Assembly (NCBI GenBank): GCA_963714275.1
Contig: CAVQNT010000002.1
Coordinates: forward strand, 384,001 to 448,000
Direction: 5' to 3'
DNA: 64,000 nucleotides
Origin: Candidatus Bathyarchaeota archaeon
GTDB lineage: Archaea > Thermoproteota > Bathyarchaeia > Bathyarchaeales > DTEX01
The position numbers and the translations under genes were made by a program. The notes below the pieces were generated by a model that worked only from the letters and a program-made list of their open reading frames with translations, made no database searches and had not been told where the DNA came from. Positions 21,542-33,709 of the stretch are shown piece after piece; position 1 is the stretch's first letter; each line of letters starts with the position of its first letter.

Positions 21542-23521
21542 TCATAAGATCAGAGAAAGTAGTCTGAAAGCTATTCCTCCAACAAGTATGGCAGTGGCGA
21601 AGTTTGCTATTGCTATGACCGCGGCGGTTTTCCACCCATAATCCTTTGCCAGTACTGTTACTGTAGATATGCATGGAATAAAGATGATGCTAACTAGGGC
21701 GAGCGTTATCAGCTGGACCGGAGTTGAAAAAGAGAGCAAGGTTTGTTGAGCCAAATATGGCCACTGCTCCCAGCAGTGTTAGTTCTTTCCGGACCAAACC
21801 GAGTATTAAGAGTATTCCAGCTATGGCGGGAAGCCCAAGCCAACCGACAGTGAGTGGCGAGATTGCATTACTCAAATGTTGCAGGATGCCGACCGCGTAC
21901 AAAACTTGAATGAGGGCACTTCCACCAATGTACAGTGGAAATACGAAGTATATTAAAGATTTGGTTCGTACCCAAGTCTGCTTACCCACGACGGACAATG
22001 AAGGAACCTTGAGAGAATGCATTTCCATTATGAGACCTGTTGATTGACCTGGAACAACTTTGAGAGCCACTCTTCCCAAGACGAAGATGAGCGCGATGTC
22101 CACTGCGTAGAGTGATAATGCCCACATAGGACCCACGAAGGCTGCTACCAACCCAAGAATCACGATTGTTCTTGCTGTACATGGGGCGAAGGTAATGGCG
22201 TAGGATGCAAGTAGTCGTTCACGTTTCGTTTCCATGATTCTACAGGCACGAATTGCAGGGACGTTGCATCCGTAGCCTAAGATCATTGGAATCAATGCTT
22301 TTCCATGTAATCCTATCTTGTGCATTGCGCTGTCCATCATGAATGCAACTCTTGTGAGGATGCCGGAGTCTTCAATCATGGCTAACATGAGATAAGAACG
22401 GTACAACATAGGGCATAACCAACGTTATCGCCGGCAACCAAGCCGCCGTAATACGCCGTTCCAGATAATGCCCTGAATCGACCCACTGAAACTTGGATTC
22501 ACTGGTGAAAATAATGATAATGCGTTTGAAAATAAATTGGACAGCAGGTTCCCAATACTGAATGTCCAGAGAAGCAAGCCTGCTATTACACCTGTAGACG
22601 TAATGTAGCCAAATATTTTGTGTGTAGTGATCCAATCCAACTTTTCTGAAGTTGTGGTTTTAATTTCACTCTGTCTGTTGAACCTCATTTGCAATCTTGC
22701 TTGCAAGAGAATACCTTTCGGAAGCGATAACTGCGAAACACGGTTCATTGTGAATAGAAGAGATTTCCGCTGCCAGAACCTCGGATGTTTTTATCACAAC
22801 TTCAGATTTGGAACCTACCAGTTTCTTAATTTCAGGATCATTTTCCATAAGTTTGATGGCAACCCATCTGGAGGGGTACTTCAGTCCAAGGTTTCCTGTT
22901 TGGATCGCTTGATCGAGTTTGGTTATTCGTTCTTCTATTTCAGCTCCATACCTGACGGGTGTCTTTTTCTTGTTGCTGGCAGTTTCTGCAACTCAACGGC
23001 AGTTTTTGTTAGCTCGTATATTCCCTCTCCTCTGATGCCACTGTTGGAACAACAGGTACGCCTAGAGCTTGCTCCAACTTTCTTTGTGTTGATTGTCAAT
23101 TCCTTTTTTCTTGGCAACATCAACTTGGTTAAGGCAAATTACCAGAGGGGCTTCCATCTCGATGAGTTGTAGAGTGAAGAATAGGTTGCGTTCAAGAACA
23201 GCGGCATCGACCACGTTTATGACAACATCTGGATTCTCCAGGGCCACGTATTCTCTCGACACGAATTCCTCCATTCCGAAGGTGGAAAATGAATAGATGC
23301 CGGGCAGGTCAACGACAGTTATTTTTTGTCCTTCAAAATTGATGTTGCCTTCGGCTTTTTCCACTGTTTTTCCTGGCCAGTTGCCGATTATTTGACTTGA
23401 ACCTGTGAGCTGGTTGAATAATACGCTTTTTCCAACATTAGCATTGCCAGCTAGGGCAATGGTTATGCCGTTGATTATTTTGGGACTTTTTCAAATTTGA
23501 AGATTTAGAATGGCATGACAT
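21542..23521 (-). CDS. feoB: Ferrous iron transporter FeoB (several frameshifts)
   Basis: [36 protein letters not shown]. Confidence 0.92.
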
Positions 23522-23540
23522 GACGAATCATCTTTTTTGA

Positions 23541-24273
23541 TCATTTTTTTCTGTGGATTCAACAAAGACGTTTGCAGCGATATCTTGTCCTAGTGCCACC
23601 TTGGAGCCTCTCACGCACACTTCTACTGGGCCTTTTAATGGTGCGACCCTTTCCACTTTTATAGAGGTTCCAGGGAGTTAATCCCATGTCCAAAAGTCTT
23701 TGGAGGATCTGTGTTCACCTCTGATGAAAGAGATCTTTGCCGAGATGCCCGCTTTGAGATTGCATATTGAAACCAGATTCTGTTGCCGTTTTCCCACTTC
23801 CTCTAGGCCTTTCTTGTGCATTTCTACGCATTCTTCGCATGTTGAGAACGGCAGGTTGCAGGCTGGGATAATCTTGCTATCGTCTGGACATTTGTCAGGA
23901 TGTTTCAGAAAGCGGCAGAGGGATTCTTCAGCTTCATCGGACAACGAGTGTTCCATTTCGCATGCTTGTAAGTGAACTTTATCTTTCCGAATATGCAGAA
24001 TGTCTGCAGAAACCTTTCGAGCAATCGTGTTTTCGAGTTGTTTTTTCGGCGATCTTTAAGGCCTTTTGCGGTGAGAGTTGCTCCTCGGTACGGGAAATAT
24101 TTCACATAGCCATTGTCATCTAATTTTTTCAGCATCTCAGTGACGCTGGCTGGAGCGATTTTCAAGCGTTCGGAGACTTCCGTGGTACTGGCCGTTTGCC
24201 CATTCAGCGTAAGGCTGTAAAGGGTCTCCAGATATTCCTCCATGTTGCTGCTTATTACGACTTCATCAGACAT
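23541..24273 (-). CDS. DtxR/MntR-family metal regulator with C-terminal FeoA domain (frameshifted)
   Basis: EEYLETLY...[11 protein letters not shown]...[37 protein letters not shown]. Confidence 0.9.
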
Positions 24274-24332
24274 TTAGGCGCACCTAAATTCTATTGGCGC
24301 CCCTACCATATAAACATTTAGGCAAACCTAAA
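24273..24332 (-). promoter_or_regulatory. Two DtxR-type operators flanking a TATA box
   Basis: TTTAGGcgcaCCTAAA (24273-24288) and TTTAGGcaaaCCTAAA (24317-24332); minus-strand TTTATATG at 24307-24314. Confidence 0.75.
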
Positions 24333-24773
24333 AAATTATGTCGTGACATCCATAATGACGTATGTGACGACATTTTCGCTAAAGTAAACACCAAAATAAG
24401 CCTATTTATGGTGTGGCGTTGCGCCGTACGCTCATCTAATACTGCCCTTGGAAGAATGACCCTAGGAATCTAGAGCCAAGAAAAATCCATGGCTTATTCT
24501 TTATCACACTCTGATATTTGGCGAGTTGGTCGTCGCTTACCCCTTAGCTATCTAAAGACTCAGCTACTAGTAGGAACTTCAAAACAGAGAATAGAAAATT
24601 TCAAGATCGTGTCCTCATCCTTAAGAAAACCCGCTAGCCTTAATCCATAGTTACGAATTATATAACTGCTCTGAAAGCTCCAAATGACTGATAACCAATG
24701 GCATTAAATAAATTAAAACAATGTAAATAAATTAAAACTGAAGAAAAAGAAGTATAGAGGGGTTGATTAAGAA

Positions 24774-25025
24774 ATGAATATATGTCAAAGCTGTGGAATG
24801 CCTTTACAAAAGAAAGAAGATTTCGGAAAGAATGCAGATGGAAGTAAAAGCGAAGAGTATTGTTGTTACTGCTTTCAGAATGGCAAATTCCTAGATGAAG
24901 GTATAACTCTGCAAGAGAAAATGGAAAAAAATGTGAAAATTGCAGTTCAGATGGGAATGCCCGAAGATGAAGCGAGGAAAATGGCGTCTAATGTTTTACC
25001 AAAACTAAAAAGATGGAGAAAATAA
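24774..25025 (+). CDS. Putative zinc-ribbon domain protein
   Basis: CQSCGMP...DGSKSEEYCCYCFQNG...LPKLKRW. Confidence 0.85.
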   Translation: MNICQSCGMPLQKKEDFGKNADGSKSEEYCCYCFQNGKFLDEGITLQEKMEKNVKIAVQMGMPEDEARKMASNVLPKLKRWRK

Positions 25026-25223
25026 GCCGAATCTGTCGAAGAAGTCGAAATGCTAAAAGAGGGCTGATGATTTTTGTAGAGGAGAGGGGATAAGATTCCT
25101 CATTTAAATTTAATAAATTACTATAAACTATAGCTAAATTTTGCCTAGTTTATTCTTAGTTAATGCCCTTTTTCTTCTTTCCCTTATTATTTAAATTATA
25201 ATTCGTTTTTGTATGTTATAACC

Positions 25224-25664
25224 TCACGAAACTCTGTTATTGTGCAAGTTAGCTAGGCACTGATCACAGTATCTATATATATCCAAGCGTTGCCCAATAG
25301 GTTTGAATCCGAGATCCCCAATTATTTGAGACCAAAGTTTTTTAATACTTTCCGCTTGGTAATCTTGGATCTTTCCACAGTTCCTACAGATAATGTTGAT
25401 GTGAGGTGAAGTATCAGGATCATATCTGGAGATCCCATCAGTAAATCCCAGTTCTTGCAGCATCCCGATTTCTGTGAGAAGACCCAATGTCTGATATACA
25501 GTTGCCAAACTCAGCGTTGGATACTTCTTCTTCACCACTTGATATACTTGGTCAGCTGTTGGGTGGTCCTTGCTTGAGAGGATAAACTCGCAAATTGCTA
25601 TTCGTTGAGGTGTAACCCTGAAACCTTTCTCTCGAAGCTTGGCAATGAGTTGCTGATTTTTCAT
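25224..25664 (-). CDS. Fur-family regulator (PerR-like)
   Basis: TPQR, HPTAD, LATVY, HINIICRNCG, C-terminal CDQC; divergent from catalase. Confidence 0.9.
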   Translation of the reverse strand: MKNQQLIAKLREKGFRVTPQRIAICEFILSSKDHPTADQVYQVVKKKYPTLSLATVYQTLGLLTEIGMLQELGFTDGISRYDPDTSPHINIICRNCGKIQDYQAESIKKLWSQIIGDLGFKPIGQRLDIYRYCDQCLANLHNNRVS

Positions 25665-25723
25665 AGCTATGAATTACTTATGTAGTTACCTAAAACGTTT
25701 TCTAAAAAATAACAAGACTTAAA

Positions 25724-25738
25724 TAATAATGATTACAA
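25724..25738. promoter_or_regulatory. Per/Fur-box-like 7-1-7 site
   Basis: TAATAAT-G-ATTACAA, two mismatches from TTATAAT-N-ATTATAA, between the Fur-family gene and catalase. Confidence 0.5.
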
Positions 25739-25781
25739 TCTATTCCTGACACAAATTACTATAATTGGAGATAATAAGATA

Positions 25782-27230
25782 ATGGAAAAAAAGAAATACT
25801 TGACAACAAACCAAGGCGTACCAATCACTGACAATCAAAACTCATTAACTGTCGGCGAACGAGGTCCTGTTTTGCTGCAGGATGTACAGTTCATTGAGAA
25901 GATGGCACACTTTGACAGAGAACGCATCCCCGAGAGAGTTGTCCATGCGAAGGGAGCAGGAGCACATGGCTACTTTCAGGTCTACAAGAGCATGGCACCA
26001 TACACAAAGGCGAAATTCCTCCAAGACCCAGAGAAAAAAACTCCTGTGTTCTTAAGATTTTCAACTGTAACCGGAGGAAGAGGATCCGCTGACACGGTGC
26101 GAGATCCACGTGGATTTGCCGTAAAGTTCTACACTGAAGAAGGCAACTACGACCTTGTTGGAAACAATCTTCCCGTGTTTTTCATCAGAGACGCCATCAA
26201 ATTTCCAGATATGGTTCATGCATTTAAGGGCGCACCTGACAACAACATGCCATCGTCTTCTTCCTCACACAACAGCTTCTGGGATTTCATATCTTTAACC
26301 CCTGAATCGACCCACATGATCATATGGCTCTTCTCAGACCGTGGGACACCAAAAAGTTACAGGATGACTGAGGGCTTTGGAGTTAACACTTATGTCTGGG
26401 TGAACTCAGAAGGAAAACGGCAGTATGTGAAATACCACTGGAAACCAAAATTGGGAGTTCACAATCTTGACCGTCATGAAGCAACTCGGCTGGCAGGCGT
26501 CGATCCAGACTACCTCACCCGCGATCTCTGGGATACCATAGCCAAGGGTGAAGAGGTTGAGTATGAACTCTGCGTCCAGCTGATGAAAATCGAGGATGAG
26601 TTGAAACAAGATTTTGATCCACTTGATCCAACAAAGACTTGGCCTGAAGACAAATTTCCGCTGATGCCAGTTGGGAAGATGGTGTTGAATCGCAATCCCA
26701 AGAACTTCTTCGCTGAAGTTGAGCAAGCAGCTTTCTGTCCAGCAAGCATTGTTCCGGGAATAGAATTCTCAGCCGACAAGTTGCTTCAGGGCAGAACATT
26801 CTCATATGCGGATACCCAGCGTCATCGATTGGGACCAAACTACCTACAAATTCCAGTAAACCGTCCCACTGTGGAGGTCAACAACAGCCAGCGCGATGGG
26901 TCAATGCAAATGGGAGAATACAGTGGTCCTGTGAATTATGAACCAGCAAGCATTGCTGGAGGCTCGCCCGTGGAGGCTCTGTCAGGAACACCATCCACAT
27001 TTCGCGTTGAGGGAGATGTCACCAAAAAGAAGATTAGCAAAACCAACGACTTCCAACAAGCTGGAGAGAAGTATCGTTCCTTAAGCAAGATAGACCAAGA
27101 ACATCTAGTAGATAATCTCATTGCAGATCTTACACCCATAGATAAACAGATCCAGCAACGAGTGATAGCAAATCTGACTAAAGCTGACCCGGAGTTAGGT
27201 AAATCCGTAGCTAAAGGCCTTAAACTCTAA
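25782..27230 (+). CDS. katE: Monofunctional heme catalase
   Basis: FDRERIPERVVHAKG, RDPRGFAVKFY, QGRTFSYADTQRHRLG. Confidence 0.97.
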   Translation: MEKKKYLTTNQGVPITDNQNSLTVGERGPVLLQDVQFIEKMAHFDRERIPERVVHAKGAGAHGYFQVYKSMAPYTKAKFLQDPEKKTPVFLRFSTVTGGRGSADTVRDPRGFAVKFYTEEGNYDLVGNNLPVFFIRDAIKFPDMVHAFKGAPDNNMPSSSSSHNSFWDFISLTPESTHMIIWLFSDRGTPKSYRMTEGFGVNTYVWVNSEGKRQYVKYHWKPKLGVHNLDRHEATRLAGVDPDYLTRDLWDTIAKGEEVEYELCVQLMKIEDELKQDFDPLDPTKTWPEDKFPLMPVGKMVLNRNPKNFFAEVEQAAFCPASIVPGIEFSADKLLQGRTFSYADTQRHRLGPNYLQIPVNRPTVEVNNSQRDGSMQMGEYSGPVNYEPASIAGGSPVEALSGTPSTFRVEGDVTKKKISKTNDFQQAGEKYRSLSKIDQEHLVDNLIADLTPIDKQIQQRVIANLTKADPELGKSVAKGLKL

Positions 27231-27400
27231 AACTAGATAGCTATCGAGCTTTCCCTTCGGCTAACTGACTTTTCTCATTTTTTAAATAACCTCACTGGAA
27301 TTAACAAGAATTACTTCATCGCCCTCTTCGGCTCCCATTTTATGTGCTGTATTATAACATGGGAACCCTTTTTTAAGTTTCAATATTTTGGGCAGACTAG

Positions 27401-27497
27401 CTAGCAGCATATTACTTCACCGCATTTTGGGCACTGCCATTTTTTCTCTTATATCTTCAGGAAATTCGTTATCACAATTTCCACTTCAAAAACAACA
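27401..27497 (-). pseudogene. Zinc-ribbon micro-ORF fragment
   Basis: ...GNCDNEFPEDIREK-(fs)-WQCPKCGEVICC*, between two CTAG/AGCT motifs. Confidence 0.4.
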
Positions 27498-27562
27498 GTC
27501 AGCTAGCTTAATTATAGATAAGAGAATGATAAATACAGGATTTCGAGTCAGCTGAAATAAAC

Positions 27563-30211
27563 TTATTGTAACGTGCGCTTACTAGGACCTAGTCGCATCA
27601 ACCTCGGAGCTTCGAGCCAAAATGTTGAGGCGAAAACGACAGACAAAATTTCCAACCATATTAGAAGAGTAAGTGTTGTCGTCTTTATATACGCGAAAAT
27701 GGGGGACACATTGGTTATTAGAAGAGTTAACGTAACCATGCTGATGAGCCAAAAAGTGCCAAAGCGGTTGGAGAAAAATCCCTGCTTTAGAAACGATACC
27801 TTTTCTTGTTTTAAATTAAGCGCCAGAAAGATATGTCCCAGAAGCCACGTTACGAAAGCAGCTGTTTGTGCTAAAACAGCATTACTGGTTTGAAAATAGA
27901 GTGAAATGTATATTGCCAAAATCCCCAGTGTAAGGCCGATTCCATTCTGAAGAATCTTCAGCAAAATGGGATCGCTGAGGTACTCTCTTATTCTCTTGGC
28001 GGATGCTTCATAATATCTGGTTCAGCGACCTCGGTAACGAATATTGTTGATGAGGCTAAATCCATCAAAAGTTCAATTAAAATAATATGAATCGGCGCAA
28101 ATGGGAATGGAATACCTAGAACAAGGGGAACAACGAAGACAGAGAGGAGAATTGCTTTTGCTGAAAGGTAGTACGTTAAACCTTTGCGGAAATTGTCAAT
28201 CGCTTTCCTTCCAATAGCAACTCCATCACGGATGTGGGCGTAGTTGTCATCAGTCAGAATAAGATCCGCAGTCTCTTTAGCAAGATCAGTCCCAATCTCG
28301 CCCATTGCTACGCCCACGTTAGCGGATTTGATTGCGGGAGCGTCGTTGACGCCGTCTCCTATCACCGCCACCTCTTCTCCATGCGATTGAAGAGCCCTGA
28401 CTAGGCGGAGTTTCTGTAAAGGTGATATACGGGCAAAAAGATGAACTGACTTGACTATGTTATCGAGTTCCGTATCATCGATTTTCTCTACCTGATCACC
28501 GGTAATAATTTCGCCGCTTAGTCCTATTTTCTCTGCTACGGCTTTTGTAGTCGCTGGATGATCTCCTGTTACAATAAAGGTCTTAACGCCTGCATCTATA
28601 AGAGATGCAACTGCCTCTCCCGTTCCTTCCCGAATAGGATCTTCAAGAACAGCTAATGCTAAGAAATTTATTCCTTCAAGTTTGTCTTTTTTGGGCGTGT
28701 CTGATTCAAATATGGCATATGCGACAACCCTCTTCCCCAAATTGCCTTCAAGTGCAACGATTTTTTTCAGTCGTTCTTTTTCTTTAAAGTTAAGCGTTGA
28801 GGATTCTATGAGGGATTCCGGCTTTCCAGCAATGGCGTGGAGATAGCCCTCCCTTCCTTTGTAGATTAGTGTACGCCATGGATGCCCTTCCGAAAACCCT
28901 TCATAGGAGAATGGGATTTGCTTCGCTCTAGCGAAGTCTCTTTCAAATATTTGCGCTATCGCTTTATCAGTGGGATCATTAAGATATTCCGGAAGAGCGT
29001 ACGAAATTTTTTCTTGAAGTTCTTGAGGTATTTTTTGTGGGATTATCTTCTTCATATGGAAGAATGAATTTTTCTACTTGCATTTTGTTTTCAGTTAACG
29101 TCCCGGTTTTGTCAGTAACAATTGATGTCACGGACCCAAGCGTCTCAGCACCACGTAAACGCTTCACGACAACATTTTTTTTGGCCAGCTCAAAAGAAGC
29201 GAGTGCTAGTGCCATCGTTATAATAACTGGGGGTTGACCAGGCACCATAAGAAACGTGAGTGCTAGCCACGTTAATACCATTTGTTGAGGGTCAAGCCCG
29301 CGAAGAAAACCAATTAGAGGAATTATGAAACTGACAATAACCACAACCAGTGCTAGGTTTTTCACAAGTTTTGTCATCGCTTGCTGTAATGGAGTCTGTT
29401 CTCTTTGGGCGGTCACTACTTCCTTTGCGATTTTCCCGAATTCACTTTTCTCTCCAATAGCTAAGACTATTGCCTTTCCTTCACCGTCGAGTACAGTTGT
29501 GCCAGAGAAGATGGAGTTGACCCTTTCAGCAATATTCGTTTTTTCTGCAACTTCCGCCCCAGCTTCTTTTCTTACCGAAAGCGATTCACCTGTTAGCGAG
29601 GCTTCATTCACAAGGAGACCGCTTGATTCAATTAATCGGGCATCGACTGCTATGCGAACCCCTGTGGAGAGGATTATCAGATCGCCGACAACTACATCTG
29701 TTGTGGAAATTTCTTGCTCTTTTCCTTCTCTGATTACTTTGGTAGTAGGTTGTGTGAGTTCTCTGAGACGAGCCATTGTGCGATCAGATCGAAATTTGTT
29801 TATGAACTCGATCGAGATGTATGCAGCGACAACAAAGATCATTACCACTCCTTCAACGAGTTCTCTGAAAATAAATGAAATAGCAGCGATCGATAGTAGC
29901 AGAACCATCATCGGCTGTCTAATGCCTTCAAGTACTAGTCTCCAAATACTCGTAGGTTTCAGTTCCTTTAGGACATTAATACCAAAAATCACTCGGTGAT
30001 CTTGAACTTGCTCGATTGACAGACCATTCTTAGGATCGACATTTAAAGTTTCCAGAATTTTTTGTTTTGGTAATGCCCACCAATAAAATAGAGTTGACAA
30101 ATTAATTTTAGAAGATCCTAATTGATTTTTTACTCTATTATTCATCTCTTTCATTTTGATCTTCCTTTTCATCTTGCTTACTTTAAAATAGCTCTTCTCT
30201 TTTAATAACAA
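27563..30211 (-). CDS. Cation-transporting P-type ATPase (frameshifted)
   Basis: TGES, DKTGTLT, TGDH, GDGVNDAPA; the M4 motif is PGQPP. Confidence 0.92.
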
Positions 30212-30395
30212 TTTCTAGTTTTGATTAATTTTTACTAGCCAGCCTTTAATAAAAAACTCCTCAAGAAAATTGATGAAGAAAGCAAAAAAGCTCGCAGATC
30301 ACGATCAGACTACATACAATTAATTCTTGAAAAACACCTCAATCAACTATACTCATCTGAAGTCGAAAATGCTAGCTGTCACTTGCTAAGGTTAG

Positions 30396-31427
30396 TTAGC
30401 TAGGTATTTTGACGTGAAGGTTTATTGCGATCTCCGCTATGTCAGTCCCGTATTCTGCGATCCTTCTTATGCTCTCAAGGATCAGCCTTATGCCTACAAC
30501 TGTTCTTGCATTAATCTGGAGTTTGAGAAGATTCTCGATTATTGATTCTTCTAATTCGGCTACATTTCTTATCTTGGCTATCGTCTCGTGAACCTGTTCC
30601 GCATCGTACTTGTAAAGTGCTTTTATGGAGTTCTCTTGGATTACTGTTGCAAGATCACTCACAGCTATAAGGTTTTCTATTGTTTGTTCCTCTATTGGAG
30701 TTTCAAGTGTCGAGAGTACCTTAGCGATTCTGGCAGCGTGGTCAGCGCTTCTTTCGATGCTTTTCACTATTAGGCGGTAGCCTAGGCAGTCCCGCGGGTG
30801 TGATAGACCTATCTCCTCTATGAGAAGTCTATTTTCAACTGCAGCCTTTAACTGTCGAACTATGAAAAGGTAGAGTCTATCAACTTCGTCGTCTCTAAGA
30901 ACAATTTCTTGGGCCAAGGCTTTATCGTTGGTTCTTAAGGCTTCGATTGCGTCTTTGAACATGAATGTCATCAATATGTGCATGCGTCTTAGAGCCCTAT
31001 CGAGCGGGAGCTCTACGATTCCAAGAAGACACTGGACAATCATCTCATTTGCTGTTTCCTCCATTATTTCAACACCAATCAGTTTCTGGTGGATGGAGTT
31101 TCTAAGAAAGCCTCTGGTTCTCGCGTCTTTTAGCTTAACCCTGATAATATCGTAACCTGCGAGATAATGTGCAATGAACTCTGTAACAACGGCTTCAGGG
31201 CGGCTTATTTGAGAAGCGTCGAAGATTGACTCTGAAGACTCTTTAGGTTTCAATTCTCCTCGAGGAACTAGAAGCAACGACAAGTCAGGTTGCGAAATTA
31301 GAGCAATTTGGTCTTTAGGTTTCAAGTCAACTGCTTCTATCCATTTCTTGGGAAGTGAAACGACGTAAGTTGAGCCTCCTGTAACTTGAACTTTCCTGAT
31401 CTCGACTGATCGTTCCATGGGTCTCAC
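30396..31427 (-). CDS. AbrB-PhoU phosphate uptake regulator
   Basis: RKVQVTGGSTYVVSLPKKW plus PhoU repeats (DDEVDR, ERSADHA). Confidence 0.92.
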   Translation of the reverse strand: MRPMERSVEIRKVQVTGGSTYVVSLPKKWIEAVDLKPKDQIALISQPDLSLLLVPRGELKPKESSESIFDASQISRPEAVVTEFIAHYLAGYDIIRVKLKDARTRGFLRNSIHQKLIGVEIMEETANEMIVQCLLGIVELPLDRALRRMHILMTFMFKDAIEALRTNDKALAQEIVLRDDEVDRLYLFIVRQLKAAVENRLLIEEIGLSHPRDCLGYRLIVKSIERSADHAARIAKVLSTLETPIEEQTIENLIAVSDLATVIQENSIKALYKYDAEQVHETIAKIRNVAELEESIIENLLKLQINARTVVGIRLILESIRRIAEYGTDIAEIAINLHVKIPS

Positions 31428-31557
31428 ATCATAGACTACATTCTAATCTATAGAGGCTAAATATAAACTTTGGTCATATATAGTTTATGTCCAAAATGTA
31501 TATGTAATTCTTCTCCTTCTCAATAGCAATGAAATACGAAAAAAGGAGGAAAGAAGA

Positions 31558-32689
31558 ATGAATTACAAGAATCTTGCCATGATAGAAACAGTTGCTTTGA
31601 TTGCCGTTATCGCTGGTTCTGGATGGGAAATATACACTCTCAACAGTGCAGTCCAGAATTTCTCTGCGACAGCAACGCTGAGTGGAGCTGGAGCAACATT
31701 TCCTGCACCATTGATTCAAAATTGGACTGAGGAGTACTATGTTTTGACCGGCGTGCAAGTAAACTATAACCCCATCGGCAGTGGCGGAGGCATCCAGCAG
31801 CACACAGCTAAGACTGTGGACTTTGGTGCAACCGACCCTCCAATGACCGACTCAGAGTTCACCGCAGCTTCTGGGACCTTACAAATACCAGACACAATTG
31901 GCGGCGTCGTAATCATATACAATATACTAGGAATATCAACGGAACTCAACTTTACTGGCGAAATAATTGCGGACATTTTCCGACTTGACATAACAAGGTG
32001 GAACGACCCACGTCTTGCGACACTTAATCCAGGCGTAACCTTACCAAATCAACAGATCATCGTTTGCCACAGATCAGACTCAAGTGGAACAACTGCTGTA
32101 TTCACTAGTTTTCTTTCGGATGAAAACGTAGCATGGAAGAACAACTTCGGAGCAAGCAAGGTCATCACATGGTCTGGCGGAACGCTGGGAGGAAGCGGGA
32201 ACACGGGCGTAGCTGCATTAGTACAACAAAATCAGTACTCAATCGGTTATGTCGAACTCACCTACGCGCTGCAAAATGACATGCCATACGGAAAGGTGCA
32301 GAATCCCGCAGGCATATTTGTTGAACCCAGTATTCAAACTCTCGCAACCGCAGTTGCTGTATCATCTTTATCTCTACCTCAAGGGGACCAAAGACTGGGC
32401 ATCTGTAGGAAACTACTTCAACCTACACAAAGTTGCAGATCCAAAAAACAGCTATCCGATAACCAGTTTTTCATACATCATTGTCTACAAAGAGCTAAAT
32501 GTTGTACCAAAAATGACGAAAGAAAAAGCAACGGCGCTAGTGAAGTTCTTATGGTATGCGACTCATGAAGGACAATTCTACGCTTCAGGACTCTCATATG
32601 TTCCACTACCACAACAAGTTATATCGCACAACGAGGCAACAATTCGAATGATAACCTTTAACGGACAGCAAATAGCCACATGGTCATAG
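31558..32689 (+). CDS. pstS: Phosphate-binding protein (frameshifted)
   Basis: GAGATFPAP, GSGGG, RSDSSGTT, YPIT. Confidence 0.93.
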
Positions 32690-32702
32690 AGCAAGACGAA
32701 AA

Positions 32703-33708
32703 ATGAAAAAAATCAAAAAAATCTCCGATTTTTTCTCAAATTCAGATCAAAAACCTAAAATGGGTTTTAAGAAGAAAATTACGGGTGACGTATTATTCAG
32801 GATATTCACTGCTTTAGTGATGTGCAACATTTTTATCATAATCGGTCTCATGCTCTACAAGATTACTGAAGGATCCAGATTGTCTATCGAGACATATGGA
32901 TTGGGATTTTTAGGGGGAACAAAGTGGCAACCTTTTCCCCCAATACCTAGTATGACACCATCTTTTGGAGCTCTTCCTGCAATTTGGGGCACTCTTGTTA
33001 CTTCTGCGATAGCCCTCCTTCTGGGGGTTCCTATAAGTCTAGGCATAGGTTTAGCCCTCTCCGAATTCACTCCAAAACGTTTTAACTATATTATCTCATT
33101 TCTCGTAGAGTTATTAGCAGCAATTCCAAGCGTCATATATGGACTTTGGGGAATTTTTATTCTAATTCCATATCTACAGCAAAACATATATCCCCCCTTA
33201 CAAGGAGTGTTTGGCTTCCTTCCTATTTTTCAAGGACATGTATTTGGACCATCCGTCTTGACAGCTGGAATTGTTCTTGCCATAATGGTTATTCCTACAA
33301 TTTCAGCTATTTCGAGAGACGTTTTTTCGAGCTACCCCCAGCAATCAGCGAGAAGCCATCATTGCCTTAGGCGCTACAAGATGGGAAACAGCGAAGATTG
33401 TTATCAGTTATGGGCGTTCCGGAGTGATCGGAGCAATAATTCTTGGTTTAGGCAGAGCTATAGGCGAAACAATGGCTGTAACAATGGTTATTGGAAACTC
33501 GTTTAATATGTTCAGTTCGCTTTTTGAACCTGGCTATACTTTGCCGTCAATTATAGCTAATGAGTTTACAGAAGCCAGTTCGCCTCCTGTGTACATCTCA
33601 GCCTTAATTGAGGTAGGTCTTGTTTTGTTTGTTCTTGCGTTAGTTATCAACACTTTAGCCAGATTGATAATTTGGCGCAGTACCAAGATTGCAAGAGGGG
33701 CAGTCTAG
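32703..33708 (+). CDS. pstC: Phosphate ABC permease (frameshifted)
   Basis: ELLAAIPSVIYGLWG, RAIGETMAV. Confidence 0.93.
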
Positions 33709-33709
33709 A

